Source: Phyllosticta citribraziliensis
Lineage: Eukaryota
DNA length: 64,000 nt
Assembly: GCF_038025025.1 (NCBI RefSeq)
Contig: NW_027117346.1
Coordinates: 310,001 to 374,000, forward strand
Reading direction: 5' to 3'
This document shows positions 11,783-24,784 of this stretch, piece by piece. The notes below the pieces were generated by a model that did no database searches, was not told the DNA's origin, and was given only the letters and a program-made list of their open reading frames with translations. The position numbers were made by a program, and so were the translations under genes. How positions within the stretch are numbered: position 1 is the stretch's first letter; each line of letters begins with the position of its first letter.

Positions 11783-14064
11783 CTAGCCTTCCCAATCGTC
11801 CTGGGCGTAGATGCCCTCGTCGTCCTCGCCGCCGAACTCGCCGTTGTCGTGCAGACCGTACATGGCGACCGAGTCGACCGTCTCGTCGATTTCTTCCTGG
11901 GCGTCGTCGTCTGCCTCGTCTTCGCTTGCGTCGTCCTCTGCGTCGTCGACGACGATGGTGTTCTTGACTTGTTGCTGCCGCTGCTGCTGAGTTTGCTGGG
12001 TGGCAGCCGGCGTGGGAAGGCCTGTGGCGTGATCGTCGTCGTCGTCGTCGTCTTCCACGGTCATGGCAGACGCGTCGGACGGCGCAGGACTCGGCGCGTT
12101 GCTGGGCCTGCTGCTCGACGGCTGGCTCTCGGAGCTGCTCTCGTTGTTGCCACCAAGCGGCTTCATGACGGCGTTGAGCTTCTCGTAGTTGATGGCTCGC
12201 GAGAAGCCCTTGCCGCGGCGCTGCATCATCTGCTGCGCCGCCTCGCCGACCGTCGACGCCGGCGAGTCGCGGTTGTAGTCGCTCAGGTCGCCAATCTGCC
12301 GCTGCTTGCGCTTGCGCACGACGCGTTTCTTCGGTCCGCCGTTGGCCTCCTCGAGCGCCTGCTTGAGCTTCTTGGCCTGCTCGTGCCTCAGCCAGTCGGC
12401 GTTGTGCGTGACCCAAATCTTCTCCTTGATTTCAATCTCCGCCGGCGACAGGAGGCAGTTGGCAACTTCGGGGTCGTCGTCGAACTCGGTGTCTTCAACG
12501 ACGGCGCTCTCGCTCGTTGTATGTGAGCCGCGTATCTCGTCGGCCAGTCGTTTCGAGCGCTCGGCGATTTCGTTGAACTGAATGTCGTTGATGGTGTCGC
12601 TGATGGCTGAGTCGTGCAAAATCTTGTCGATTTCTTGCTCTAATTCCTGCTCAACTTCGATGTCTTCGTCGGCGACGGGTGGTGCAGGGCCCTTGGGTTT
12701 GGGAGGCCGTCCCCTTTTCTTGGGCTTGTTTGCTTCCTCACCGGCCTGCAGCTCCGCGTGCGCGAGGTTGCTTGCCGCAAGAAGGTTGGGATCGATCGGC
12801 AACGCCGAGGCCGAGGCGGGGAGGGAAGGAATGGCAAAGCCATCGGCGTCAAGGCGAGGCTGAAGAATAGCATCGAGATCGTTGGCTTGTTGCATCAATC
12901 TGCGCCGCTTTGCCTCTTTTTCTCTCGCAAAATAGACGGCTGGAGGCTCCTTCTCCCCAACCAGTCTTTCTCCGTGAGTGCGAAACTGGTCCACGGTGAG
13001 TCGGCCACTCTGGGTGCGCTTGAATTCAATGAGGCGTTTATTGATAGTCATGTCTGCGACTTTGACAACGTAGACAACCTCGCGGACTGTTCTGCGAAAG
13101 TTGTTCATGCGTGCAGCGAGGATGATGCAGGCGCCACACACACCTGCCGGCTGCCTTCCGTCTACCATCCAGTCGCGTCTCATTCGCCGCAGGAGCTTGA
13201 CTGCATCGTCGGCCACCTTCCTCCCACCGACAGGACCAAATTCTAGTTTGTCCACGTACTTTTGGATGAGCGGCTCGGGCTCGAGCAGACCGTACATGCT
13301 CTTTCTGCCAGGTTCCTCAATGAAGAGCTTTTCCAACAGCGCCTTGTACGTGTCTCCAAGCTTGAAGACATTGACCTGCAACAGTCAGCTCAGGAAGTTC
13401 CAGGCGGTAACAATGAGAGATCTACCTTGATTTTTTCAGCAAAGTCAATTAGCAGCTGCGTATTCCCAGGTTTCATTCTGCACGCGTAGTACAGACAGCA
13501 CGCTGCGAGGGTTGCAGGCCGGCGCCCATGCACAAAGTTGAAAGAGCAAGCCAGCTTGTAGACGCCCAAGGCGCTCTGCTCAATGTGCTCATTATTTATC
13601 CTCATCGAGGTCATCAGGCCACGGATTGCGTCCCGTCCTGTGCAAAAGTCAGCAACGTCGCAAGTGAAGACCTGTTATCTTTCTCACATACCATTCGACT
13701 CGGCCGTGCTCTTTCCTTCTGAGCCCCCCAGACCAATGCGACGGCCAGCAGTGCCCATAGTATTTGCATGTCGCTGGTCATTTCCGACAAAACCACCCTC
13801 GACCATGGCAGCGCCACCAGATGTCTCGCCGAAAGTGACCTCGGAGACAATGTTTGATTCGCTTATGAGGTTACCGCAGTTTTCGCAGACCATGGTCCCA
13901 TCCATGTCCAAAGGTGAGGGATTGGCACAGCAGCCCTGCTTCTTCGACTTGGTGTTATTATTGTTGTTGCGCGGCGTGAGGGCGCCGACCGGTCGATTTT
14001 TTCCGGCATCTTTCAAGGACGTGAGGCGCTCTCTTCGAGGCTGTGGGCGAGGTGCGGCGCTCAT
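11783..14064 (-). CDS. BRF1: TFIIIB subunit Brf1 (TFIIB-related factor). Exons 14064-13692, 13637-13426, 13375-11783
   Basis: N-terminal Zn ribbon (CC..P...DGTMVCENCG) and NIVSEVTFGE. Cyclin-fold motifs GRR...AACCLYYACR and DWMVDGRQPAGVCGACIILAARMNNFRRTVREVVYVVKV. C-terminal LLSPAEIEIKEKIW and FSRAINYE blocks. GT-AG introns at 13691-13638 and 13425-13376. Confidence 0.96.
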
Positions 14065-15033
14065 GGCGGATGTTTGAGAAGTTTTGGAGGAAGTTTAGAT
14101 TCGCGATGACGGTGTCGAGGGCGGGTGAAGAAGGCGGTTGAAGGAGATTCGCTAAGACAAAGAGTCGACGAGATCATGCTGCGAGGTTGGGACCGAAATC
14201 AGTGGAGGGCGGCGACAGACATGAAGATGGTCGCCATGGTGTTGAGTCGAAATTTGGGGCGATAAGATAGAGAGGGTGTAGGGTGGGCGGTTGGATTTGC
14301 CAGAGTCGCGACGCGAGAAGAAAACGCGAGGAGCGTGCGGGCGGGTCCAGTCTGCGTGTCGTGGTGGAAGCCGTTGGGCTTCGACGTTCGCAGTCCCGCC
14401 AAGCCCCAAGCGAGCTAAGCGAACCCTCCCCGTTCGATCCGCGTCGTGGGTGAAGCCTTCCACCTTTGTTTCTTTCTTTTTCACCTTTTCACCCAACGAC
14501 TCCAACGCCTTTCACCTATCCAAATCCTCGCCCCTCGCTCATCCCCGCATTGACCGCCCATTGCACTCGTTGTGGTGCTACGCTTGCCCATCATGCCCCC
14601 CACAGCTGCAGATCAACCGTATCACTAGCTAACCGGATCGCGGCTATCACAGTCCCGAATCCGAAATCGAAACGACGAAGGCCCATCATCCTAGGGCTGC
14701 CACTGTCAATCATGCTGCTTGCTTGTGCTACCATGGATTGCTATCACTGTCTCCCCGGCGCCACAAGGAGTCTCTGCGCTCTGCGGTGCGTCCTTAGCGG
14801 CCGGAAGGGTCAACATCCGGCAACTGGTCCTGTTAGGCAATCCAAACTGTGGAATGCTTTGCTGGTGTGTGCGTCGACTGCGTCTTGCTGCCGAATGGTC
14901 TGAGCGTGAGGAGGCCTTTATTGGCCTTAATAGAATGCACAATGTCTGTGCTCCACTACTGCTTATTATATGAAGTCTTGATACGCTGCTCCACACCAGA
15001 TGCTCCATTGCCTCTTCTTCGATTTCACACACC

Positions 15034-16630
15034 ATGGACACGCTACGCAGCATACCCACGTTTCTCCCTGGCAAGATTGATCTGGAAACGTATGGACCAC
15101 GTGAGATTCATGTCGTCCACGTCGTTGCCTTTCTTCTTCCCATCTCCTATCTTCTTCTCGTTTTCTTGCAACGCCAAAAGAATGTAAAGGCACCGCTCCT
15201 TGCCTCAGAACTCGACGAAGGCAGCCGCAAGAAAAAATTTACTTTCCAGTGCCTCGAGCTTCTGCAAGATGGATACGAAAAGGCAAAGGCTGGCCTGTCC
15301 ATGTACCGCGTTACCACATCCGACGGGAGCGAAGAAGTTCTCCTCAACCACAAGTACCTCAAGGAGCTGAAGGAGTTGCCCGACGATTGCCTCAACTTTA
15401 TCGAAGCAATCAGGATCAGCACGGTTGGCGACTACTCCACCATCACCTCGTCTTCCGCCGAACATATGGCCCATGTCGTCAAGTCAGACCTTACGCCTTC
15501 GCTTCCCAAGCTAGTGCCTGCCCTGGTGGAGGAGGTCGACCTTTCGATCGAGAGGGCCTTTCCCAAGTGCGAGGACTGGACCGTGGTCAAGATGAACAAG
15601 ATGATGTTGGACATTATCCCGCAGATTTCTGCGCGCATCTTTGTCGGCGAGCCGTTGTGTAGGGACCTCCGCTGGATTGAGCTGTCGAGAGACTACACCT
15701 TGGAAGCATTCGCGGCCTCGCGCGCCATCAAACCGTGGCACCCGTGGCTCCGTCCATTCGTTTACCGCTTCCTCCCCGAGATACGCGTGCTGCACAAGAC
15801 TCTCGCCGAAGCCAAGGAGTTCATGACCAAGGTTGCCATTGATCGGGGTTCCAACACCAAGAAGGATAATGTCATGTTTGACTGGATGAAGGCGAGATCG
15901 CCTGCTGGATACGAGACGGACTACAAAAGGCAGGCCATGGCTCAAGTTTCGCTCTCGCTGGCCGCAATTCACACAACCTCGATGGCATCAACACACATGC
16001 TTTACGACCTCGCCGCCCACCCGGAAATCATTGAAGAACTCCGCGAAGAACTTGAAGTCGCTATGGCCGAGACCAATGGTCTGAACAAGGACACGCTGCC
16101 CAAGCTGAAGAAGATGGACAGCTTCATGAAGGAGTCGCAGCGCGCCAACCCCTCGGGCCTGACCACTTTCAAGCGCCTCGTCACCAAGGACATCACACTC
16201 AAGGACGGCACTTTTCTCCCCAAGGGCGTCATCATCAACGTCGACTCGAGCATGCGCTACATGGACAGCGCGCTCTACGAGGACCCGGAAGAATTCGACG
16301 CCTGGCGCTACCTGCGCCTGCGCGAGCAGACGGGCTCGTCCAGCCACCACCAATTCGTCAGTTCCAACCCGGAATCGCTCTTCTGGGGCCAAGGCCGCCA
16401 CGCATGCCCGGGTAGATTCTTCGCCAATAGCGAGATCAAGGTTGTCCTTGCCCGGCTGCTGCTCAAGTACGACCTTACCGCCGTTGGTGGACTGCGGCCA
16501 AAGAATATGGTCTTTGGTACATCGGTAAGATATCCTTTTTTCGTTTCATTGATCGAGAACGATGCTCATAAAAGCGCCACAGGTCTCACCGAATCCCGAA
16601 GGCGAGGTCTTCATGAAGGCCAGGGGTTGA
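15034..16630 (+). CDS. Cytochrome P450 monooxygenase (ent-kaurene-oxidase-like group of fungal P450s). Exons 15034-16524, 16583-16630
   Basis: N-terminal TM anchor, I-helix SLAAIHTTS, ExxR in MDSFMKESQR, and heme motif FWGQGRHACPGRFFA. Intron 16525-16582 gives the C-terminus VSPNPEGEVFMKARG*. Confidence 0.95.
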
Positions 16631-19097
16631 TGGAAAATGGACGAGATGTATAAAAACGGAGGCTGTCTTTTCTACGCGAGGAAGTAACGTTTGATCATCA
16701 GAGCAATGACGCAAGCCGCGAAACTCATTTGCAGGAGTATACGGATACTTTAGAACACGAGCGTTGGCGAATCTCATTTTCACTTGGCTTCTCGAGCAAG
16801 CATCTACAGGCATGAATACTAGCAGTGAAACGGCCTATCTACAACTGCACTCCAAATTTCAAGACCAATCTCAAACGTTTTCCAGAGAGGTTTCACTATC
16901 CCTGTCCGTCTAGGTACATCACCAATGAAAAGCCGCTCTCACAAGAGGAGTCCTAGCCTTCCTTTCACTCTTTCCATTACGCCACAGCAAATCTCTACTC
17001 AGTGCCCCCACAACCACAACACTGTGGCACTTCCCTCCCCCATCCACTCGCTGGAAAAGCAGTCCGTTTGTTTGCCCCCAAAGGTTGTGCGATTATAGTT
17101 GCGCACCAAGCTTTGCCTCCCGCAACTCTGTCTAGTCAGGCGCAGCAGCCAGGCGGCCAATCGGATACGACACCCACTACCACCACCGAGCACACGAAGG
17201 CAGACGTTCCGACCAAACGAGACGACGACGACCTCGAAGCTCCTGGTATGACGCTTGGGGAAGCGTATCAGTGGTAGTTTGGCACGTGTCGAACTGCATT
17301 GATCTGGAGAACTGCATCGATCGCTACGGTCCAGAATGGATTGCATTGCCCTGCGTCGTTCGGCTGTGCGTGTAGTTCAATTGGACGAGGCTGGATTGCG
17401 GGGCCAAGTGAGTGCAGTGTGTTGGTGGTACGGCAAGGCGAAAGCACTGCACTTGCTTGGTGCTATCAAGCAGTCTATGAGTCTTTCGGGACTTCGTGTC
17501 CTCATCCAATGCGACAACAGTGCTCTGGGGCAAGCAGCATTCGTCCGCCTGCTATGACAACGTTCCAACGATAGTCCGGCCCATCCTGCCACCAAACACC
17601 CAAACACCCATTCCCCAAAAACGGTCTAGTAGCCCAGTAACGTTCGCCACTCCGTGCGCAAAATGATCCAAACACGCAGACAAGCAAATGCGCGCGCAGT
17701 GACACAGAAACCTTAAAGCTATCCACAGCAGCAAGCCGCGATCGCGTAGCACAAACGGTTCGCAAGGTTGCGGAGAAGCGAGTACGAGAGCTATACGAAC
17801 AACACGACGACAAGAGAAAAGCCAACGGAATTGTTTGTTCGTCTGTTCGATCAGTGAAGGCAGGACGTTGGAAGAAACTAACAAACGAACAAGAGGGCAA
17901 GTGCAGCAGGCGGTGACCCATGCGCTGAACACATCGCAAAAGAAGGCTACATACCTGCCTGTCTATTCCCCGCCGCCTTCTGTCCGCCCTCCCTCTCATG
18001 CAGAGATGGGCAGACCGGCCAGTGAAGCAGAAGAAGGGGTAAAGAATCTCGCAGTCAAACCCCAGTTCCCCGAACCCAAACCGCAGCAGGCCTAACTCCG
18101 CCGCCAGCAACTAACGGGCCAGAATTCAGCCTCATCCGCGTCTGACGTCTCTCTCGTTGACCGCTTGCCAAAACGCGGTCCAAAACACACAGGGACAGCC
18201 GGTACAGAAGAGAGCATCTGCACCGGCACCCCGGGCCCCGGAACCTCGAGCCTCCGCCGCCTAGCTCAGAGCCGGGACGTGTTCCGCTCCGGGCGTAGGT
18301 GTGGTCCACGGTCCAGGCGAGCAAACGGTGTGCGTGTGTGGGGAGGGTCAGATAGATAGGTCGATGTGACATGCGCCGCGCCCACGCTACCCAGCTTGGC
18401 GCGTCTGCGCCTACGCACACGTTCCAACGACGGAGCAGGGAGGAATTATGTGCACATCGCCGTTGCCGCCTCCGCCATGACAATGGACCAAGGCTGTGCT
18501 ATGCTGACGAAGGGAAACATCCGTTTGTTGGTTCGCGGTCGGCACGCGCAGCCCGTCCGGCGACGAAATGCTGGCGCACGGCACGCCGAACGAGGCAGGC
18601 TGTGGGTCCGGGACAACTGTGATCGACCGAGCCGACGGCCGATGCGACGGGCACTTGGCGGCTGTTAGGCGAGCGGGCCAATGAGGGAGGGGAGGGTACG
18701 ATGGGTACGAGAAATGGTATGAGCGATGCAGCAGTGTTGTAAATGAGGCAGGAAAGGGGCCGGTTGGAGGGGTTTGTGAGCATGAGGGGGCAGGTCAACG
18801 CGAGGTCTCAGACGCAAAGAGCATATAACTCGGGCACTGGATGGTTGAAAGGGGAGGCCATGTGCTCCATCTGTACCGCACGCTCACAGACGATTTCTCG
18901 TTTGTTAGCATGCTTACTTGCTTCAGCTGATCTCTTTCTCGTTGTTGGAGTACAAAACAGCGCACCTCGTCCACAGGCCGCCTAGCCTCTCCCATCGCTC
19001 ATATGCCTTATGAGCTTACCATACTGTTTGCGCCGATGAAAAAATGTTGCGATAGCCATCACGGCCTCCTCCCCCTAGCAAACCCACGAGCCAGCCT

Positions 19098-20748
19098 CTA
19101 CACCATCGCTCCATCTGCCCCGAACCCGTTCAGCAGGCCCTGGTCCCCGCCGTACATGTGGCTGTAAACGTCCATGTTGTCGTCTTCAAGCCACTGCAGA
19201 TCCTCGCTCTCTGGACGCAGCGTGCGCGCCAGGCCCTGCCCGGGCTTGGGGTAGTGCGCTGGCGGATCTGTGTCGTAGCCGTCATTGTACGGGTCGCCGA
19301 GATCTGCAGCAGCAGCGGCGGCAGCGGCGGCAGCTTCCGATTCCACTTTGGAGACATTTGGAAGAAGGGAGCCGGACGAGGGAGTTCCAGGAGACTGCAC
19401 TGGCGGGGCGGCGTCGTTGCTGCTAGTGAGAGTGGCCGTCGTGATGGGGAGGAGGGAATTTGCAGAGAACGAAGCTTTGTTGGTAGATGAGATGTCGGAA
19501 GGGTTTGTGGTGTCGAGAGCGATTTGTGAAGAGGGAGTAGATTTTGTTTTCGAGTTGACAGCTGAGGGTATCAAGGAGCGAGCGTTCGGAGGGAAGAGGG
19601 GGAGACTGGGGGAAAGATCTATCGCGCGGAGAAGAAGCTCTCCGAGCTTGGAGGGGGACAGCGTGTCGAAGTACGCTTTTTTCTGGATAGTCGTGTCAGC
19701 ATACGGTCAAGATCACCCTAGTAGATGAGCGTACTTCTTCTCTTGTCAACTCTGGGCCTGCCACGAGTTGACTGGCATCTGGTATTGCATTGGGCTTTTT
19801 TGTCCGCGATTCGGCACACTTGCCGCAGAACCACTCTTTTTCCGCAACCTTGATGACTTCCTTCTCGATTGGAGGTTGGTGACAGTATTGGTGATACCCA
19901 GAATTACAGCCATCACAGAATACAATCATATTGCTTGACGGGCTATGGCCTCGTTGACATACTTTGCATACACTGGTCTCCCTTGGGCGCCTGGTGCGCT
20001 TCTTCCGAGGACCTGTCGGAGGCGGTGGTAGCACAGGTGTGAACTGCGTCGGTTTCGTGACGTTGCGGCCTGATTTGGTCTTTGTTGGAAGCGGAGTGTA
20101 CGATAACGAAATTTCCGAGTCGTCCTGTTTGCGGAGTCTGTCAGCCTCTGTCCATGTTTTTGAGCTTGGCCGTGTTCTCACCTCACTCTCAGACGACTCT
20201 GCGCGTTTCCTCTTCGCACCCTTGCCAGCAGGGCGGCCCTTTCGTCTTCCATTGCTCTTTACTTTTGCGGATGCCGTACTGGCAGCGGATGCTGGTGTCG
20301 CACTACCCTCCATGACGCGTGTTGCGCTCTCAGCACGAACACTGGCAGAATTCCCTATGTAGGATAGTGCTTTGGGCGGTCTGCCTCGCCCCCTGCCCGT
20401 TGGCACCGAGGACGTGATGCTGGCGCTTGTGACGTAGTTTTTGAGGACCTGCTCGCGCGCAGCTTCGTATCCCGGGGTTCCCGCATGTGCTGCAGCATTT
20501 GCGCTGACACGGCGGAGGATCTCTTCGGTGGAAGCGGAGAAGCCGGAGGGTAGCGAAGGCATGTTGGCAAGAATGGAGGCGGGTTTGTTGGTAGCCAAGG
20601 TGGTGTTCGAGGAGGTCTGAGGTGTCGGAGTCGCCGGGGCCTTGGAGTCTGGCGGCATCTGTCCGTTGGTGAGAGTTGCAGGTGCGATTGAAATGTTGGA
20701 AGCGGCATTCGCGGTCGATGACGCGCAGGACGGCTGCTCAAGCGACAT
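19098..20748 (-). CDS. PHD-finger chromatin protein (Phf1/Phf2-like) with AT-hook-like motifs. Exons 20748-20182, 20124-19735, 19682-19098
   Basis: C4HC3 PHD: CKVCQRGHSPSSNMIVFCDGCNSGYHQYCH...WFCGKC. Also GRGRGRPPK and TKSGRNVTKP. Intron 19734-19683 joins to ORF 19098-19574 in frame. Confidence 0.88.
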
Positions 20749-21690
20749 GACAAGAGCGAATGCGAATTGTACAAGCGGCGACAGAGGCTTGGAAGGCCAA
20801 CGGGCACATGAATACGAGAGGTGTTGAGAGGTGGAAATGCGACGAAGGATACATGGGTAGGAAGCTCGCACAACAGCGTTGAACGCGATGGGTGTGGGGA
20901 CCGCCGGCGGGACTTGGGACTTTGGCGCAGGAACCTCTGGCCCAGCGTCATCGGTCCATTGGCGGCACTACCACCACGACACTTCTTCTCGCGACACCCC
21001 TCAACACATCGATCCGTCTGCACGACTATTCCGACCTTGATCCTGCTCACTTGCCAACGTCTAGTGCGTTGCCACCCTGAACACCAAACGAAAAGGAAAG
21101 GAAAAAAAATACAAGGATGAGTGGGCGAACGAGGGCTCAAGACAAACAACGCAGGGACAACAACAAGGCTACAAGGTACATACTGCGGGCGAAAAAAATT
21201 CACAACTCTTGGACAAGGGCATTGTGGGCTAAGAAGAGCACAATGGAAAGAGCACTGGCGGCGCAACAAGCGATTCCATCGTCTTCCGCCAGCATCGCCC
21301 AGACGCGACGCTTATATACCCTACAGTCCCAAGCAATTTCTCGCCATGAACTCCTATATCTCATCATCAACGAATGTCATCGTCACCTTTTATGAAGATT
21401 ACTTTGCAGCCCTTTTGACGACGACTCGCACGATTGAATCTGATTGTTTCGAGGCGAGCCCACCACACGCAACAGAGTCCGACGCCCATCATCCACATCC
21501 CCTCTCTCGTATTCGTATCACCTCAACACTACATTGCCTTCCTGTCTACACGCTCAGACTGGGAGCAATTCAAGATGTTTGGACACACACAGAGGACGCG
21601 AAAAGAAAGAAGGCCGAGACACCGAAATTCGTAACTCCACTCAGTAAATCGATACTCGTCGATCCAAAGGTTTATGCTCTGCCTGCGGTC

Positions 21691-23478
21691 TCACGCCACG
21701 ACCCCTTCGCTGCGTAAGCGCTCGACCTCTGACTTACTGATTCCGACCTGCTGCAAAACCTCGTCTGTGTGTTGGCCTACGGTAACTCGTCAGCAATTGA
21801 AGGGAGCAACCATTTGGGACGACACGCACCTAGAGTTGGTGGTGGCGTGCGAATCTTGGGCTCGGAATACGAGTACTTCACTGGAGTGTTGACCAGTTTG
21901 ATCGGCCCACACTTGGGATGCTCGACTTCGGCGACCATGTCGCGAGCAAGAACTGCCCAGCATCTGTTAGTGATACTGGACGGCCAGCGCTGCTGTTGAG
22001 GGCCAGAGCAATGTGGGTGTCAAAAGAAATGGCAGCTCCAAGGGCGCAGCTGTGTCAGTGAACGGTTGCTCCCTAATCGAAGCTGCAATTTCGAAGGACA
22101 GCTCCCTGGGACCTAGCCGCATTGCCTGGACTTGCCATTTCTCGAGACCTGCTGTGGAGGCTTACCATGGCTGTGGTTCAAAGTTCCCTGAATATCATTG
22201 ATCGCGGCATATGGCATTCCGCTTCCCTCGAAGATCTCCAGCCACTCCTGCGTCGTCTTCTTTTGCGTCTCTTTCTCGATCAGCTCTTCTAGAGCATCTC
22301 TGTTCTCCACGCGGATGGCATTGGTTACGAAACGTTCATCAGTAACCCATTCGGACTTTCCGATCCGCTCGCACAATACTCCATATAGTCGGTCGTTGCC
22401 CCCTCCGAGTAGAATGTCGCCGTCTTTTGTCTTGAAAGCTCGATACGGAACAATGGAAGCTATCGTGGTCAGCGTAAATTCTGGATAAAAGCCACGACTC
22501 TCTTACGATGCGCCGTCCCCCATCGTCCGGAGTCTTTCTTTCCGCTGATTAGTGCAGAGCTCGCAATGTTGGCTAAAGTCGCGACCTGGCAATCGCTGAG
22601 GGCAACGTCAATATGCTGCCCTTTTCCAGTCTTGACTCGGCCAAGTAATGCAGCCATGATCGAATTGGACGTGTAGAGGCCTGTCGTCAAGTCTGTTACT
22701 GCGACGCCAACTTTGACCGGAGGCCCATCCCTGGATCCCGTGATGTGCATCAACCCCATCTCCGCCTCCACCATTACGTCGTACCCAGCGCGGTTGCTGT
22801 ACGGTCCGGTCTGACCGTAACCAGTGATGCTGGCGTAGATCAAGCTCGGATTGACCTTGGCGACGCTTTCGTAGTCCATGTTGTACTTCTTCAAGGCCCC
22901 AGGAAGGTAGTTTTCGACCAAGACATCGCACTCCTTGACCAATTTGTGGAGTATCTCGACACCCGCGGAATGTGCGAACGAAAGGCCCAGCGATTTCTTG
23001 TTTCGGTTCACAGAAAGAAAATAGGCGCTCTCGCCTGGTCCCTTCACGTCATCGGTCTGGTACTTGGCATACGGAGGACCCCAAGCTCTTGTATCATCAC
23101 CCCTCACAGGATGCTCCACTTTTATCACTTCAGCTCTGAAATTGAGGAATTAGGATCAAGGCATTTGAAATATTCCGCGAATAATTGGCCGCCAGGTAGG
23201 CAGCAGAACATACCCCAGGTCTCCAAGGATTTGGGTACAATATGGCTGCATGTCTGTAAGCATAGAGCCTCTTTCAAATCCGAAACCGAGAAACTTACTC
23301 CGGCCAGCACTCTGGTCATGTCCAACACGCGGATCCCTGCCAAGGGAAGAGTAGCTGTGTCCGCCGACCCAGCGGCGGTTGCCAAGCGTCTAGTTCGGAA
23401 GCCATTGTGGCCGGCCTTTAGCCCATGACGGCAAACAAACTGCAGCAAACGCCTCGGAACAAGAACAGAAGTCAGCAT
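21691..23478 (-). CDS. Family III CoA-transferase (CaiB/BaiF; succinate-hydroxymethylglutarate CoA-transferase-like), probably mitochondrial. Exons 23478-23299, 23245-23214, 23135-22507, 22459-22166, 21952-21830, 21776-21691
   Basis: PLAGIRVLDMTRVLAG|PYCTQILGDLG|AEVIKVEHP, DDTRAWGPP, SVNRNKKS, catalytic GYDV, and PPPTLGQHTDEVL. Arg-rich, acid-poor N-terminal presequence. Five canonical introns. Confidence 0.95.
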
Positions 23479-24199
23479 TGTAAGTTTCCGAAACTCCTCA
23501 AGCCAGTGTGCGGGGCAAAGCGGAGAGTGGAATCATGGTGGGGGAACGGGCCTTGAGTCGGACGGAAGCCGACAAACCCCACAGTAGTGGCATTCGGCTA
23601 ACCGTGCCGTGCGCTGATAGGGCAATTCTTCCGGCCTGTGTTGCTTGCTTCATCGTCAACTCCAAGTGCGCCATTCCTCTATCTCTCAGAATACGGCTAT
23701 GCTAATTGCTCAGGGTCGCCGGCATTCGAATCAACGCTCGTATTCGTCCCACCGTGTTACACCGATCCTGAAATTTCGTTCGAAGCGTCACAAGTCCGAA
23801 TCAAGTTACCGTTCGACTGTTGAGTGTAACGGATTACTCTTCCTTCAGCGGCTGAACAGACTGACTAATGTTTAGTAGAACCTCGCAATATACACCCAAT
23901 TGGTAATAGTATTTCCGCCCACGGACTGGTGTCTATCTCTCGTACAAACACGACGGTCCCTCCCCCGCTGTACTCTAGGCTTCTCTGCACGGGCACCGGT
24001 ACCCCAGTATAAGACTTCGGCTTGGTTTGGCTGTGAAAGATTTCTCCTTCGATCAGTTAGATATTTGTAAGATCGTTGTCCACTTCTTTTATAACGACTC
24101 TGCAAGGCCAAGTCCGCTTTCCTACTTATGAGAGCTGAAGTCTGTCGGGATCATGTTTCCCGTTTAATTTTCACGTCGTACAGTTGCAGCTCCAACCAC

Positions 24200-24658
24200 T
24201 GATAAGGAGTTTCAGGGTCAGAATACATAGTCGACTTCCTCCGATCCGTCAGGATAACATCTCAGCCCAAAGAGGCTGAACTGTGTCCGGGCGGTCGCAT
24301 AGTTCGACGACGAGCGAGAGCAGATGAAGACCTTCCATGCCTTGCACCCCCTAGAGTGCTCCGGAGAACTCATGGGCTCCATCTTTCCGAGGCCGTCACT
24401 GCCTACGGCATGACTTTTGTCCCCATGTCTCGATCCCTCGCAGGGCGGTAGAGGCGTCAAAAGAGCAACCCTACCTACTAATCGGCTCCCTATCAGCAAT
24501 CCAACCCATGGCGGTCACGCAACCACTGCCTACTGATTGGTGCGCTCAACCTAGAAAAGAGTTTGATCGACTTCTAATTATCAACATGGTGGCGGATACC
24601 GACCAGGACGATGTTGTATGGGTGCAGATATCCACTCTTGACTGGTCCTATCTTATCA
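24200..24658. promoter_or_regulatory. Cluster of HGATAR (GATA-factor, AreA/NIT2-type) sites upstream of the urea transporter
   Basis: TGATAA 24200-24205, CTATCA 24490-24495, TTATCA 24578-24583, and overlapping CTATCT/TTATCA 24648-24658. Nitrogen-catabolite control of DUR3/ureA genes is established; function of these particular sites is inferred. Confidence 0.5.
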
Positions 24659-24784
24659 TCGCAGGTTGGACGATATGGATGGCTTTCAAAACGTAGTCAA
24701 GCGGCTGTTCAGCCCCAACCAGACTTTGAACCCGATCCTAGAACAACCACAATTGCTATTTCGCCATAGCACTCCCGTTTCACC

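Noticed and set aside
16900..18700. Short ORFs and possible splice signals between the P450 and PHD genes
   Set aside because: No consistent ATG-to-stop exon chain or homology could be built.
21121..21717. 198-aa plus-strand ORF between the PHD gene and the CoA-transferase
   Set aside because: It has a non-ATG start, atypical composition, and overlaps the neighbour's 3' end.
24508..24696. 62-aa ORF upstream of DUR3 as a regulatory uORF
   Set aside because: It overlaps the GATA-site cluster and probably lies upstream of the TSS. It is unsupported without transcript data.
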